Shown one piece after another: positions 25,054-39,938 of a DNA stretch of 64,000 nt (position 1 is its first letter; every line of letters begins with the position of its first letter). The DNA is taken from contig OZ024741.1 in assembly GCA_964016885.1 (NCBI GenBank), forward strand, positions 88,040,001 to 88,104,000. The letters run 5' to 3'. The notes under the pieces were generated by a model that was not told the origin of the DNA, ran no database searches, and saw only the letters and a list, made by a program, of their open reading frames with translations. The stretch comes from Eledone cirrhosa (lineage: Eukaryota). The position numbers and the translations under genes are program-made.

Positions 25054-26369
25054 CTGAACAGAAAACACATTGAAATAATCAAATAATCTATCTATCTATT
25101 ATTATCAAGTTGGTGTTTCTGTGGTGTAAATTGTCAATTTGGAAAGGAGATGGTAAGGGTATCAGTATCTGTAAGGGCAGTGATGGTGGTGATGATGATC
25201 TCATGTTAATGGAAACAGAATTATCAGAGAGTGTGTGTGTGTGTAAAAGGGTCCAAGAGAGTGACTATGGCAGTGGTAACAATACAGAAATCCTATGTTG
25301 TAATAAGCATGGAAGGAGGATGGCAAGTGTGTATGTGTGTGTGTAAGAATACAAAAAGTATAGTTTATCTTCAAATGATAAATGAATAGAATTTGGTACT
25401 TTCAGTATTTTGTCAGGGTTCATTTGGTTTATTTTGTTGTGGAATCAACTAGTATAATAATGGTTTTTCATATTGGCATAAAAGTCATATATTTTAAAGG
25501 ATGAAATACAATCAATTAAATCAATATATGTCTCGTACTTATATTATCAACTCTGCATGGATGAAATGGCAAACTGAATGCAGGCCATCAAAAAACGTTT
25601 TTTTAGTTGCAAATTAGTAAAAGAGGAGACAATGGCCATAGCTGCTGCAGAGCTCCCCAGTCAAGTGGGAACTGATGCAATTGAAGTTTAGCTTTAACAT
25701 CCTGAAGCTAGGAGAAACGTAGGTGGGATTTCAGCCCTGGGAAGAGGGATATTCAACAATGTTTGGGAGCTAGGATAAGAGGAGAGATAAGTTTGTTGAA
25801 TAGAGGTGATATGCAGTTAGTTAATTCAGAAAAAGGCAACAGCATTAAAAATATAAGCCAACTAGCTAGTAATTGTGATGGATTGATGATGTCTTTATAT
25901 ATAACAGAAGCTAAAATACATTCAGGCTTCTAAGAACAAGTTTTTATCAGGTAGTTGTGGCCATATTGTAAATGTAAGGTTATCATGAGAGATCAACAGA
26001 CTGCATGACCAAGCAATTGTAGTGACTTAGCCTTGTAGCTCGTATGAATGGTAAATAACAGACACTGTTTATGTGCAGACATTGTAGAAGATTGAACAGT
26101 CATGTTCTAACAGATAGCTTCATGTAGTGCAAACCTGGTAAGTGGTATTTAGGTTGCAGAAATCAAAGCTAATGATCTTTTGAGATCAATGGTTATTGAT
26201 TATTTCATATTCTATTCATGAATCCCTGTGAAATAATTGTGTTCTACAGTCTTAAACTATATATCTAGTTGAAACAACCAGCAAAAACATTGCTATACAA
26301 TCAATGTTTTCATTAACAAAAGAATTTGTTAAGTAAATTAAAAACAAATAAAAAAAATATTCTCAATAC

Positions 26370-26530
26370 CCTTCATATTCTTCATCAGACTCGTCTAATT
26401 CACTATCTTCCTCCTCTTCTTCCTCTTCATCTTCATCATCATCCTCAGCTTTCCCTTCCAAATCTCCTTCATCACCTGAATAGTGGGACTTTTTTTTTGA
26501 AGAGCATCCAGAACTGCCTGGTTGAGGTTC
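26370..26530 (-). CDS. PPM1G: PPM1G exon 5 (acidic tract)
   Basis: ttaag|EPQPGSSGCSSKKKSHYSGDEGDLEGKAEDDDEDEEEEEEDSELDESDEEYE-GG|gtattg; 161 nt, phase 0 to 2, fitting both neighbouring exons. Confidence 0.85.
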
Positions 26531-29500
26531 CTTAAATGGTAAAGATAAGAACTTAGTTAAGTCTTTATTCTAAATAAACTACCATGTAGAGTGAAGGTCT
26601 TGTTAACATCCAGAAACAAAAAAATACATGCGAACTCATAATACCCTGTAATAATTGTGATATAGGACATTAAGAGTTAATCTAGTTGCTTGTAGAGACC
26701 ACCTGGTTATAGTTTTAGGAGAGCATATAAGAAATTACAGCATATATGCCCATATCCCAAAGACAATATCAACATAAATTTAATGGTTTCGCTAGAAACT
26801 AAAACCCAAGTGAATTATACAACACACTAAAATGTTGTCCTACAACTCTTATTAACAACTAAATAATAGCACAAATGATATTATTAGAGCCAGGTACAAT
26901 GGAGGTTAAGGTAGTGAATAGAATACTTTGCAGTATTTTATCTGAAGTGGACTTTCATTCTTTCAGGGCTGATAAATAAAATACCAGTCCAATACTGGAG
27001 TTGATTCTTCCTCCGGAAGAAACCAGCTGTGTTTAGTCGCAGAGAGGGATGAGCTCTGCTAGGTTTAAATGATCAAGATACACTATGTCACAACAGCTCC
27101 TCCATAACTCAATCAGAAGTTAAGGCCCATGGATGGATGGAAAAGATTATAAAAGAGCAGAATGTTGAGACACCTAAGAGTATCAGTAATACACAGGATA
27201 TAATATTAGGTGAAAATGAAAATAATGATATCACAAAGTAGGACAGATCACATCAAACATTTAATTAAGTCTATCTTTAGTGCAAGAGAGCTACTTATTT
27301 TATCCAGTCAAGGACAATGAAATGCAAAGTCAACTGCAAGATTTTAATTCTAAACACAGAGATAGAATTAATTGACTATTACACACTATCTAATTAATAT
27401 CTATTAATATAATTTCTGTCTTGTCATCTTATGTGTCACCCTTGAAATGCTAAAAATATTCTCACTGAATTGAATAATGAACAGAGATACACGTACACAC
27501 ATAAGAATTTATGAATGAAAGACAATGTCTGGGTTGTATGTCCTAATTTTAGGCATGATTTCTACAGCTGGATACCCTACTTAACACTAACCACAGTCTA
27601 CTGGTGCATTTTATTGTGCATTGTCTTGTTCTTGCATAGGAAACGAAGCTTCTTCATTCTACACCATCTGTGTTCTTTCTATGCCAGAGAGTGTAATTCA
27701 GATGAAGAGTGATAACCAAGAGGGAAAGAGAGCATAAGTACAGATATGGGTGTGAATGGAGGGAACAAGTGTTAGGGTGATAGGAGAGAGCTAGTGTTAG
27801 TCGTAAAAGTAGCGACTCTTAGGTAATAGACTATAAGAGTCACATGAAGACACAAGTCTGAATATGAACAGAGATCATGAATTTGATAAACAGAAACACT
27901 AAGGAAACTAGCATACATGCACTTTATCAACCATCCACCGGCAAAATGCACTTGGTAGATAGCTTGGGATTGCATGTGAGATACAGGACCACATCCCAGT
28001 TGAGTAGCCCTGATTGAGTACTGAAGACCTATCTAACCTTTGCTAGGAGAGAAAACAGGCATTAAACGATGAAGATTTTTTACTGATTATTTCATACAAA
28101 TGAAACAGTTAGAAATCATTTCTATATATAATAAAGATGCCTATACCCTACCAACGTATTGAGTACCTTCTTTAACTGTGGTTACCCTCTGACACCACTT
28201 GGGTATCTATCTTTATATATATTAACATCATTTACAACCCTTTTCATTGCTAGCAAAGGTTGGACATATCACCACAGACCGACCAGTACTCCAGATGAGC
28301 GAGGGGCTCGACACAATCCTGTGCTCTACTGAGACCATTTTATCACAACACAAACACAAAGAAAGTTGTCATAGCTGAAGAGTCCCGAGTCTTTGGCAGG
28401 TTTTCTATGACCAGATGCCCTTCTTATCACTAACCATTTTTCAGAGTGTACTGGATGGTCATTTATCATGCAGACCGCCAACACTAGTGAGGTTGTCATA
28501 TCTATAGTTCAGCTGAAGAGTTCTCCAGACCTTTTGTTTGGCAGATTTTCTATGGTTGGATGCCCTTCTCATCACCAACATTAACTGAATATGCACTGAA
28601 CATTGGTGGGTAGACTGTAGAAATATATTTTCTAAGTAGAAAAGTGCAGCTAGATGATGTGACTGCCATTTTTTTTTACTTAGAAAATAAATATAAGAAT
28701 ATACATATATACACATATAGACATATGTGTGTCAGTTTGTCTCTTTTCTATTCACATTCAACAGTGCAAGCTGAAAAACAAGTGAGTGTTGGCATCAGGA
28801 AGAGCTTTCAGTTGTTAAACTGATGAATATTTCACATTCCTCCAGTCCACTAAGGTGGCAAAATGTGCTGCACTTGTAATTTACAAGGCCAGCCTTGTCA
28901 CACGCAGTGTCATGCTGAATGTCTGTGTATGGGTACATAGCCACTTGCATGTTGATCAAACAACTGGAAAACCTATCACAAACTGATGGAGGTCCAACAC
29001 AACACTAAGAGTGTATTGTTTCTCCCACAAATGGCAAATTAGCAGAGTTGTTAGAACATCAGCTAAATGTTTTGCAGTATTTATTCCAGCTTTCTAAGTT
29101 CAAATCCTGCCAAGGTCAACTTTTCCTTTCATCCTTTTTAGGCTAAAAAAAAAAAAAAAAAGGTAGCAGCCCAGTACTGTGGCTGATTCTTCCTCGATAT
29201 ATTTCCCATGAACTGTATATATCTTATCTTGAGTGCCAGAAGCAGAGCTTGAACTGTACTGTAACCATTCACGTCCAGATGACACATGAACACAATCATT
29301 TCATTAGAAACCCATTTCAATATTTTCCCTAATGAAATAAAGCTACTATTAAGCAACATCTTAGTTAAAATTTGTAAACGCTTAGGCTTTTTAGACCTAC
29401 TTTTGAGAAAAAGAAAGAGGCACAATAAAATATATGTAGCTAACTTCCAATGGTGTAAAGCTTGCCATCTCAGTGGTATCATTTGCAATTTCTAACATTT

Positions 29501-30183
29501 CAGCATCTCTATAATACGAGCATTTAACTGTAGGTTGGTTTTCAGATTCTAGGCTTTTGGCCAACTTCCAATGAAGTCAATCATAGACATATGCAAGATG
29601 GCATAGCGCCACTGCAAAGTTGGGAAACACATTTAACACACATGAATTACATAGCAGATATTGAAGAATTAAAACAAATTCATTAATACAATACAAGATT
29701 CAGGTTTTAAAGATCAATAACTTTGCCACAAATGCTGCCTGCATCAATATGAAGTTTTGAATGTAGGACAACTTTTTTTAACTAATATATAATTTTCAGC
29801 TCATATCATATGTTTCATAAGTAATAAAAAGAATTTTGAAGAATTTAGTAAAAGAAATAACTTTTAATTTGTAAGCTGATGTTTGGAACAATACTTAACA
29901 AAAATGTCTTAACCCTTTAGCATTCACATTACTCTTTATTTACTATCGTATTTTCACAGAAAAGGCTTTATCTCGCATAATATTGAATCTATGAGATTTT
30001 GATATTATTTATTTTGAGAATAATACCTTAACATCAGTATGAGCGGCCGGTTACGACCAGTTTGAACAGAAAAGTGTTTGGAATTCCGGCCAGATACGGC
30101 TGGTTTAAATATAATTATTATGGAATGTTTCAAAATGGTTAATTCTTGAAAGATAAAATTTATTATGAACAACATCGACATAC

Positions 30184-30809
30184 CCAACTGGAAGCATGAC
30201 TACTTGACGGTCCCGGCTCCGATGAAGAACTAGTGGCTTGGGCTTCATCAGAATCATCTTTGGATGATGTGGATGCTGATGATGTAGATGATGAGGACGA
30301 TGATATTGATGAAGATGAAGATGAGGAAGATGAAGGTTGGGATGCAGAAGAAGCAACAGTTTCTGTTTTGGATGAACTGGCATTGCTTTTGGTATCTTGG
30401 GAAGAGTTCTGCGAGATGCCACTATCTAAACAATTTGCTTCTTCCACTTCATTATTTTGGGACTCAGTTCGATCAGATGATATGCTACTACTGTCTGCAG
30501 CAGAGTTTTTAGCTTTGAATTCTTTTTCTGTATTAAGATTATTCTCATTATCTGCATGACCATTTGTGATTTTAGCAATACTGCTACTGCTGGAACTGAC
30601 ACCAGTATCTCCTTCAGAATCATCATCAGGTGTGTCTGATGCCAGTTTCTTGGCTCGAATGGCAGGTGAATCAAATATCTTCTTTTTCTTGCCAGCAACA
30701 AGTTGCTGTGGAGTACCCTGTTTCTGATACTTCGCCACTAACTCCTCAATTGGAATATTAGCATCAGCACGGAGCATTTCTGCTTCATTTTCATCATGGA
30801 CATCTTCAT
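30184..30809 (-). CDS. PPM1G: PPM1G exon 4 (start of the acidic/Ser-rich insert)
   Basis: ttcag|DEDVHDENEAEMLRADANIPIEELVAKY...poly-Ser...HASSW|gtatgt; IEELxxxY resembles the PPM1G insert; 626 nt, phase 1 to 0. Confidence 0.9.
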
Positions 30810-33800
30810 CTGAAAAGAAATATAGCAGGAAAAGATGATTAAAAGACATAGATCACATTCACTTTTGGTAACTTTCATAATCAAGTGAAGGAATCAAAAC
30901 AAATAGAAACTTTAAATATTAGATAGAAAATTGTGCAAGTGCAATTTTACAAGGAACAAAAACTGTCATGATTATTTAATGTACAATATCCTGCTTGCAA
31001 GGGTTGGATGAGCTGTCAAAAATGAAGTTAGTACTTAAATCAGAGTTATTGTCATTGCAGACATACTGGGAGCTGTACCTCACATGTGTTTCTGCTCTAC
31101 AGTGTGCCAATTACATTTTATTGTGGAACAAAGACTAGGGTGGTTGTTATGTCTTTAACACAATTAAAGAGCCTTCTCAACCTTTTACTTTGGTAAGTTT
31201 TCTATGGCTTAATGCCCTTCCTATCACCAACCATTTTACAGAATGTGCTTGATGGATTTTATCATGTCACCAACACTAGGGATTTGTTGCTGTGACCATA
31301 ACACAGCTAGAGTGCTCTCAACCCATTTTTTGGCATGAATTCTATAGCTGGAAGCCCTTCATATCACCAACCATATTGCAGGGTGCATTTTTTGTGGCAC
31401 GGGGACTAGTGACGTTGTCAAGTCATGAATAAAGTCACAGCTGGTTAAATTAGCTGGCATATTGGCTGACAACTCCTAAGGAATCATAACTGTTCTGCAT
31501 GCACCTAACTCTCAATAACCCACCTGCAACAAGCCATAAATAGATACTATATTGTTGTTGATGGATCTTACTAAAAGGTTGTAATGGGAAATTTAACTGC
31601 ATGAGTGTAAAGTAAATATTAAAAATAGTGTTGCAAAGTCCAATGTTTTCAAATCAGTATGTACTGGGAGCTTATTTTGTGACACCTGCACTACTACCCT
31701 GCTGAGTCAACTGGGTGGTTTTTATCATGGCACCAGTAAAAACGACCTTACAAGATGATCTGGATTCTTTTTTGTCACAGCACTAACACCACCACCATAC
31801 AGGGTGGACAGTACTTTTTTGCTGTGGCACCAGCAATGTGGGAGAGCAAGTATGTATTGGATTATTAATTTTGGAGTAGAAAACTTTCACAATATGGCAC
31901 GTGGTATTTCAAATAAAAATATCTGCTATACAATGACTAGATAAAGATATAAAGATTATTGTATATTTCGTATAGCAACATGTGCAGAACTATCTCATGT
32001 GCACAACAATTACTGGCTCATTGGTGAAAAAATTCATGTTTAAATGAAGTACATCTAGATCAAACCAGAGTTAAATTGTTACAATATGTAAAATTCCACT
32101 TTTTATGCAATTTATAACTACAATCTAGTACTCTAGTACTGAATTGTTTTAAGTAAATTCAACACAATTGTAACAAGAGAATTTTCATGCAAAATTTCCA
32201 ATGAACCAGAAATTTAAAACCACTTTCCCTGCTAAAGCAACGCTTAAAGCATTGCAGGCCTCGTAACAGACTTAATCATATTCATGACTAGATACTTTTC
32301 TCGCACCAACCCTTTTAGTCACCTCATACAACACACAGGAATATAGTATACTTATTCTAGAGACAGAATGGAGATTTTATAGATCATTTAAAAGTATCGT
32401 AAAAATAAGATTGCTTTATATACCTTCATAATTACATGTAACTAGCTGAAGCATTTATTCTACTTAGGTACAAATTTCAATTAAACAGAGACAAGTTCAT
32501 TAAAGTGCCACATCAAATTAATGTAGCTAGATTCAAACTCAACTTCTGGATAAGTAACTCAGTAACTTGACTAAACAGTGTGTCCAATCTTAGAATATAT
32601 ATATATAACATCGTTTTAACGTCCACTTTCACTGCTAGGAAGGGTTGGATGGCTTTAAGACAAGGTCCTCTTCTTATTGCATTGTCTAAAACATTTTGGA
32701 AAAAATTCAGAACTGATACTGCAGATATTCTCTCACTCACTTTTCCGGATTGAAGTTTCTCCACACATTTAGAATGCAAAATTATCTATCATTTTGTATT
32801 CGTTTTTCTATGCTAGCATTGTTTCTACAGTTGAATACCCTTCCTAACGCCAACCAACTTTATAGAATGTACTAAGGTGAAATTTTTATGGCACAAGCAC
32901 TATGATCCATTGAGAAAATCGTTTATAGTCACAAAGGAGTAAGGTGCTAGTATATCGCTAGAGGATGGTGACCACAAACCAACAGAGCAGTATCTACATA
33001 GTTGCCTGACTTGTTAGAAGTGGCAACTAAAGGTTCCTCATATCACACATTGGACAAGGTAGCCCTAGATATGCTATCCTTGTCTTTATGTTCATTTTTC
33101 CATGCAGACATGGGTTGAATGGGACATTTTATATATAGATGCTTTCCTAGACTCCAACTCTTTTAACACCCACTTATGACATGCATGGATACAATGAACC
33201 ATTTCTAGACAAAGAGATAAGTCATCATCATCACCATTTAATGTCTATTTTTCCATGATTGCATGGGTTAGACAGGTTGTCCACGTTATGATGCAAGTCT
33301 GGCCAGTTGACTGCGTCGTATCTTGCTCAAACAGAACTGTACTTTGGCTGGGAATTTTACAGCTGCTGGATGTCCTTCCTAACACCAACTGTGTTTACAG
33401 CGTGGAACTGGGTGGCATTGTTTTGAGACAATAAAATCACATCTTTTCCATGCTGACATGGGTTAGAAAACACTTTTTGGAGACAGTATTCAATAGGTAC
33501 ATACTCTTATTGATGCCAACTAATACTCTACTTTTAATTATAGTAATTATTCTATTGATCTACATCAAACCACTTGATTAAACTGTATCAGTACAAAGAT
33601 AGACAGACATAAACACACATCACAGGACCAGCTAGTAAACCCTGGTTATAGTAAACACTTGCCCAAGGTGCCACACAGTGGAATTGAAGTGAACTTAACC
33701 ATATAGTCAAGCCCTATATCGACAATTACAACAATACAATAAATGAAATATAACAACAGAACCAGTCCTCTGACAATAATCTAGATGGGAAAATATTTGA

Positions 33801-34908
33801 AAATGAAAAAAAAAAAAAAAATGTCCAGAATATGTTTATATAAAGTGAACAAAATCAAAACCAGGTAATTTAATAGAAAAGCATTACAACAAAATTTTGT
33901 GTTTGGGGCAGAATAGAAAAGAATGTTAAAATCATATATTGTTGTCTGACAGCACAAACTGAATGTTTCAAGTATTTACTTGCTCAAATTATTGGAGTTA
34001 ATACTTCACATCGCAACTGTATTATTACTATTATTAGATCGGTGGATTAGAATTTTTAGATTGTCAGAAGAAAATGCTTTGAATCAACGTTAAAATCCTG
34101 CAGAGATCAATTTTGCTTTTCATCTTCTGGGGTAGATGATAAAATAAATCACAAGATAGGTAATGTAAAAAAAAACAAAAAAACAAAACAATCTTCACTG
34201 CAATATCACAAATGATATTCCTGACCAAGGTAACAAGGATTTTAATTGCAAATAGTGTGTGTGTGTGTGTGGAGAGGGGGGGGGGGGGGAGTAGAGATGG
34301 GAAATTTGAGTGAATGCTTTTAGCAAAGTGCCAATTAACCAACATCAGAAAAGTGTAAATCGCTAAATGTAAATAAATGATCCTTGAAGTTTGTAGTCCA
34401 GTCCACTACCTTTACATTATACAAACACCAATAAATCTAATGTAACTATTGGAAACCAAAGGTACATTAACCTTTAAAAAAAATTTGATATACCATCTAA
34501 GGACAGGACTAAAGAAGATAAGCTCTATAAATAAACATATTTATATATATATCACATCTAACTAATTTATATAATGTAAGAAAACTGGAATATATATGTC
34601 AAAACAAGAGATAAAATACCAAAATGTATCATTATTTAACATCCTTTAAATGATAGTAACAAGGATTGGATGGGTCATTACAGAACAAGTCAGTACTTAA
34701 TCACAGCCACTGGCCATACAGACAGGCTAGATGGCCACATCTCGCTTTATGGACCAGGTGTTTTATCATGTCTCCAACGCTAGGCAGGGTGTGCCCTTGA
34801 CACAACTGAAGAATCCTCATCTTGCTCATACAGATTTTTTATGGCTGGATGTCTTTCCTAAACCCAACCACTTCACAGGGTGCTCTGGGTGCATTTTTTA
34901 TAGCACCA

Positions 34909-34946
<38 letters not shown>

Positions 34947-37460
34947 CATACATACACACACACACAAATATATATATATACATATAAAATATATAGATGT
35001 CGGTTGAGAGAAACAACTAAAGGAAAGAGGATCTATAACAAACCTGACACATAGGTATACAGTGATGATGATGGCATATCATGGTAGAACCTTGGGTTTT
35101 GTGTATTTGACTTTTGACAGGTTTTCCCTACAGAAACAAAAAGAACGTTATGTATCACTAGAGGAAATTTTGAAGGGAAACTGACCCAGAATATGATTTA
35201 AATATAAGCAAATATGTATGGAAAACTCTGACCAAAAAATATCACTTTGACAAACACTTGGTTAGAAAAAGAAGTTATCTCAACTATTAACATCCTGTAC
35301 CACATGAAATCACATAAGCAAGACATTCTTTAAAAGTACAAAACAACACTAGGACCATGTAATTAATTGCAAAGCAAACATCTCAACCATTTGGCTAAGC
35401 TGAGTTCAATATGATTACAATAGACAAAAAATACACAAGAAGAAAAGCTACTAGAACCAGGGATTAAACAAAATTGGAAACCAAGGATCAACGAGCACTT
35501 CATCATTACAAAATTAAAATAGTAACAAACATAAACACCTCTATACTATGAATTAGGTTACATATTGCACACTCAGCCATAATGGTGTAACCGCCATTAT
35601 ATTTTTGAAACTTCATAGCAGCTATGATAAAAATGCATTGCTTTGCTATTATCCTACAAAGGTGCGAAAACTCCACAACCATGATAAAAAAATTTCTGTA
35701 AAGTGTTTCGTATTCAAATAACATAGGGCTGAGAGGACACATGGGATTGTAACAACCTCCCTAGTGTTGGAGCCATGATAAAATGCACCCAGCATAGAAC
35801 CATGGAAAGAGAGGACTCGTCAGTCATGTTAGTGCAGATGTCAATAAAATGTACTCAATAGACTGAGCAAAGTTATTGGTATTAGGAAGAACATCCAGTC
35901 ACAGAAACTATGACATTGTCCCCTGACCCATCTACGAGGACAGTGTTTGCAGTACTGACTTGGTCTGTTCTGCCAGCATGGAAAAAAAAAACAAAAACAA
36001 GTGCAAAAAGATACTGAATAATGATCACGCCACCAAATTTGAAGGGAAAGGTCAAGCTATTCTAATACAAGCCAAAAAAGATGAAAGGTAATGTTCGATT
36101 TGATTTAAACTCCAAAAGGTTAACTAAACAAAATACAACATTTAAACTTGCATGCACTACTATAGCTGCTAACTTGTACAAAATGTAAGCCAGATTTAAC
36201 AAACCCTCACAACCCCTAGTATCAACATATCAGAATATCTATTTACCACAAAAAATATACTGTTGCCTTTATAGCATGTAAGACAGTAAATGTTTAAGAA
36301 ACTTTATATATTACCAACTATAATTCAACCCATACAGGGATGGTAAAATTGATGTAAAAAGTTTGATGATTATAGCTAAATTATCTTTAAAAAGCTACAA
36401 GCCACAAGCCAATATAAACACACATTTTCTGAGCTATCTGTTCATTAGTAAAGATACTATAGACATTTGAATAAACAAATCTATTTTATAATATTTTCTG
36501 CAACGCTGTTACAGGATGAGAGTTAAGCAGACCTATATGAAAAGCAGCTCAGCCTTAACTAACCTGTCTTTTTAGGGGTGTATAAAACTATGTTATCTAA
36601 AATGTCTTGATAGTAGAGTGAAATTTGAGAAAGGTTTGGTTACTGTTTTTAGCAAGTTAAGTGACTATGAAGAAGCTGCCTCAGTGGCTCATGTATGCCT
36701 GAAGAATTTGGTGGTGACTACAACTAAGTTGTGCAAGGTGAGCTCAAGTCATTAGAGTAAGGTAAATCAACCCTTTTAATACCAACCCACCTGAAACAAA
36801 ATTTTATTTTAAAATGTTCATACTTATATTAAAACAATCTATCATAATTTCATTTAACCCATTAACATTTACATTATATATACTATTGTATTTTTGTGGT
36901 AAAGGCTTTCTTACATAATTATCTCACATAATATCGAATCTACAAGATTTTGATATTTATTTTAAGAACAATATCTTAACATCTGTATGAGTAGCCAGCT
37001 ATAGCTGGTTTGAACAGAAAGAGGTGAGAGAATTCTGGACAGATATGGTCGGTTTAAATGCTAAAAGGTTAAGAAATGTTTCAAACATCAGCTTACTAAT
37101 GAAAAAGGTTAGTTATCTCATTAAATTCTTCAAAACTTACTCATACATAGGCAATGCATTTCATTAGAATCCCTGTAACAACAGGATTAAAGCAAATATA
37201 GCATATCTTATTTGCTTAAAAGGCACAATGGTATGTTGAAAAACTCAATCACATTTTCATAATCCCACAAAACAAATTGGAAATTCAAATCAGCTAACTG
37301 GCTAGGCCCTTACCAGTTAAATACTTCACTGACCAATACAACTCTCCAAGGTACATCCCTCCACATCACTAAAACCACCACTGAATGTCAAAGACTGACC
37401 CACCTAACCAATTTCTTTGCTATATTCTACTAGTACTGAAATGATTCTACCTACTGTACA

Positions 37461-38345
37461 TATGAGGTACACTTAAGAAGTTTTAAGACTTTTTCTTTCC
37501 AAGCACTTTTAATTGACCTACGTAACTGTCACTCTAATACATCCTTGATATGGTTATAAGCTAACATGCCAAATTTTTATTTTTTTTCAGGCTGAAGGGT
37601 CAGGCCACTGCACACTTTAAATACTACCAGTCATAGACGTTGTCAAGCTGACTAGTTCCACTATGCAGTTGAGACAAGGGGACAACTTGGAGGCTTGATA
37701 TGCAATAAAGTTTTGTGTCAAGCTCAGCAAAAGTGCTGCAGAAACCTATGAAATGGGTCAAAACTGCTTACAGATTAACTTTCATAAGCTGGGAAACTTT
37801 TCTGCTGGCACAAGGGCTTCCAGGAGGACAAGGAGAGGGATATCAGGATGCCAAAGTTGTTTGACAAAATTCACAAATTCCTGGATGAGGACTGTTGTGC
37901 ATCTCTTCTGACAATTGTTAAATAATTTGAAGTGGCTGAGGGCAATGTACAGAATCATTCATGACAAGGATGTTCAATGAGGATCAAAAGCAGAGGTGCA
38001 TGGATGAGTCTCTGGTAACCTGTGATGAGAGCTGGGTCTACTGTTATGATCCAGAGACTAAGAGACAGAATGCCCAGTAGAAACACCGACTCTCCGAGAC
38101 CCAAGAAGGCCAGGCAAAGCGGGTCCATCGGGAATCTCGTGATCCCATTCTCTGACAACGGCTTCATCTACATGCACTGAGTCCCCTACAGTCAGACAGT
38201 CAATAAAGAGTACTATGTAGAGGTTTTGAGGCAGTTCAGAAGAGATTTCATTGCAAGAGACTAGAACTTTTCAAGTCTGATCAGTGGCACCTGCACGAGG
38301 ACAATGCTCCCTGCCACAAATCCATCCCGGTGACCATCATTGTCC
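37461..38345 (+). mobile_element. Decayed mariner (Tc1/mariner) transposase relic
   Basis: YAIKFCVKLSKSAAETYEM, DESWVYCYDPETKRQ, QTVNKEYYVEVLRQ, WHLHEDNAPCH; frameshifted, 3' end missing. Confidence 0.88.
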
Positions 38346-39309
38346 CTTACCCCTAAGTCCTAAGTAAACTGCCTGAAATGTAGATGGAATAGTTTGGGCT
38401 GGAACACCTTTGGTCATCGGCCTGCTCATTTAGAGTTACCTAGAGCTAAACAATATTACCAACCTGGGATCACCTTCCACTGAGTAATAAATAAAAATAA
38501 AGTTAGTTATTACAAGGTCTACAAAAGATAAACCCATTTATGATATTTCAATATTATCAAGTAAAATATTTAAATATATATATTGGTACCCATGTGTCCA
38601 TCCAGCCCTCACTAGCATGGAAAAGCAGACATTAAATGGAACCTCACGTTACAATTTGGTTCTAAACACTTTCATATAGATGGTCAACATCAAATTGATC
38701 AATCCTTTTCTTACCATATTTTTAATGAAAGACACTACTAATAAATAATCAAATATTTGAAGGAATATCTAACTTAAGCAGGTGTTTGGAACATAAAAGT
38801 TCTTATATAAAATTATGATGGAAATTTTTAAAATATATATATATAAACACTTTAAAACAGTTTTGTATCAAAAGACTAACAAGTGTTACTGATAAGAACA
38901 TGGTTTGAATAAATCCATTGACTCCAGTCTGTGAGCTACTAAACCTCTCAGACAGACCAGGAGCTACAGCTAGCTTACATATGTCCCTACACTCAACAGA
39001 GTGCACAGGGTGCATTTTATCATTGCACCAACACAAGAGAGGTTGTCATGTCTGTGATACAATTGAAGAGTCCTCATCACAATAAACAGAGTTTGGATAT
39101 ACAACCACAAAACAACAAACCATCATCCCAATAGTATTAACTGTCTTCTTACAATATTTCCCATGAAATACACTCAATTTCAGTTAATGAAGCATTTTGA
39201 GGGATTTACCAAAACTATTATTTCATTACCAAGATAACTTATACAAAATTATGTTAAAAGACTCGTAGATCAGAGTCACTCCAGGTAGAGCCCCAACTTC
39301 TCCAAATTG

Positions 39310-39540
39310 AGAGTCCACAGCTCTGATATTATAGGCATGTGGTTAGAATGTCCCAGGAAAGAATTGCTGGACAGATTTTATGGGCAAAACCAACTGGCAG
39401 GAGACCCAAGGGTAGACCTCAAGCAAAATGGTCTTGCTTGGGGATCCAGCCAGATCAGTTGGAGACAGTTGCTTGTGACAGAACCTGCTGGAAAGACTGC
39501 CCTTATGACCCTCTCAAGAATAAGTGGGTGAAGAAGAATA
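39310..39540 (+). mobile_element. 3' fragment of a different RTE-like LINE
   Basis: HVVRMSQERIAGQILWAKPTGRRPKGRPQAKW...VACDRTCWK, a typical RTE C-terminus. Confidence 0.7.
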
Positions 39541-39761
39541 CCTTTTAAAATGGGTGGTTTTGTTTCATAGAACCAGAGCCAGTTTTGGCAGAGTTGGTAT
39601 CAAAAGGTTAACGCACAAAAAAGAAAAGAAAACAAACACTTTCCTGTAAAAGCCAACATTATTGTGAACATTGTTTTTTAAATTTTATATATAAATTGGA
39701 GTACTAACACAAGCAGTATGATATTTGCAAATCTACATAATTCATAAAACTTTGTACTTAC

Positions 39762-39938
39762 CTTTATCAAGATTAACAAGTGCCTTCAGCTCTTTGACAA
39801 CTTCTGGTGTAACCAAAGTAGCATCAAATCCAAGGAATGCTTCTTTTAGAGCTACACCTAAATCATTGTCTTTATAACTCTGAAGACTTTTGATATAATC
39901 AGGAAGGTGTAAAGCAGAATATTCTGCTACCTCAGAAC
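39762..39938 (-). CDS. PPM1G: PPM1G exon 3
   Basis: cctag|(G)SEVAEYSALHLPDYIKSLQSYKDNDLGVALKEAFLGFDATLVTPEVVKELKALVNLDK|gtaagt; 177 nt, phase 1 to 1. Confidence 0.93.

Noticed and set aside
30233-30559. Asp/Glu-rich plus-strand ORF
   Set aside because: Antisense shadow of the poly-Ser codons in PPM1G exon 4
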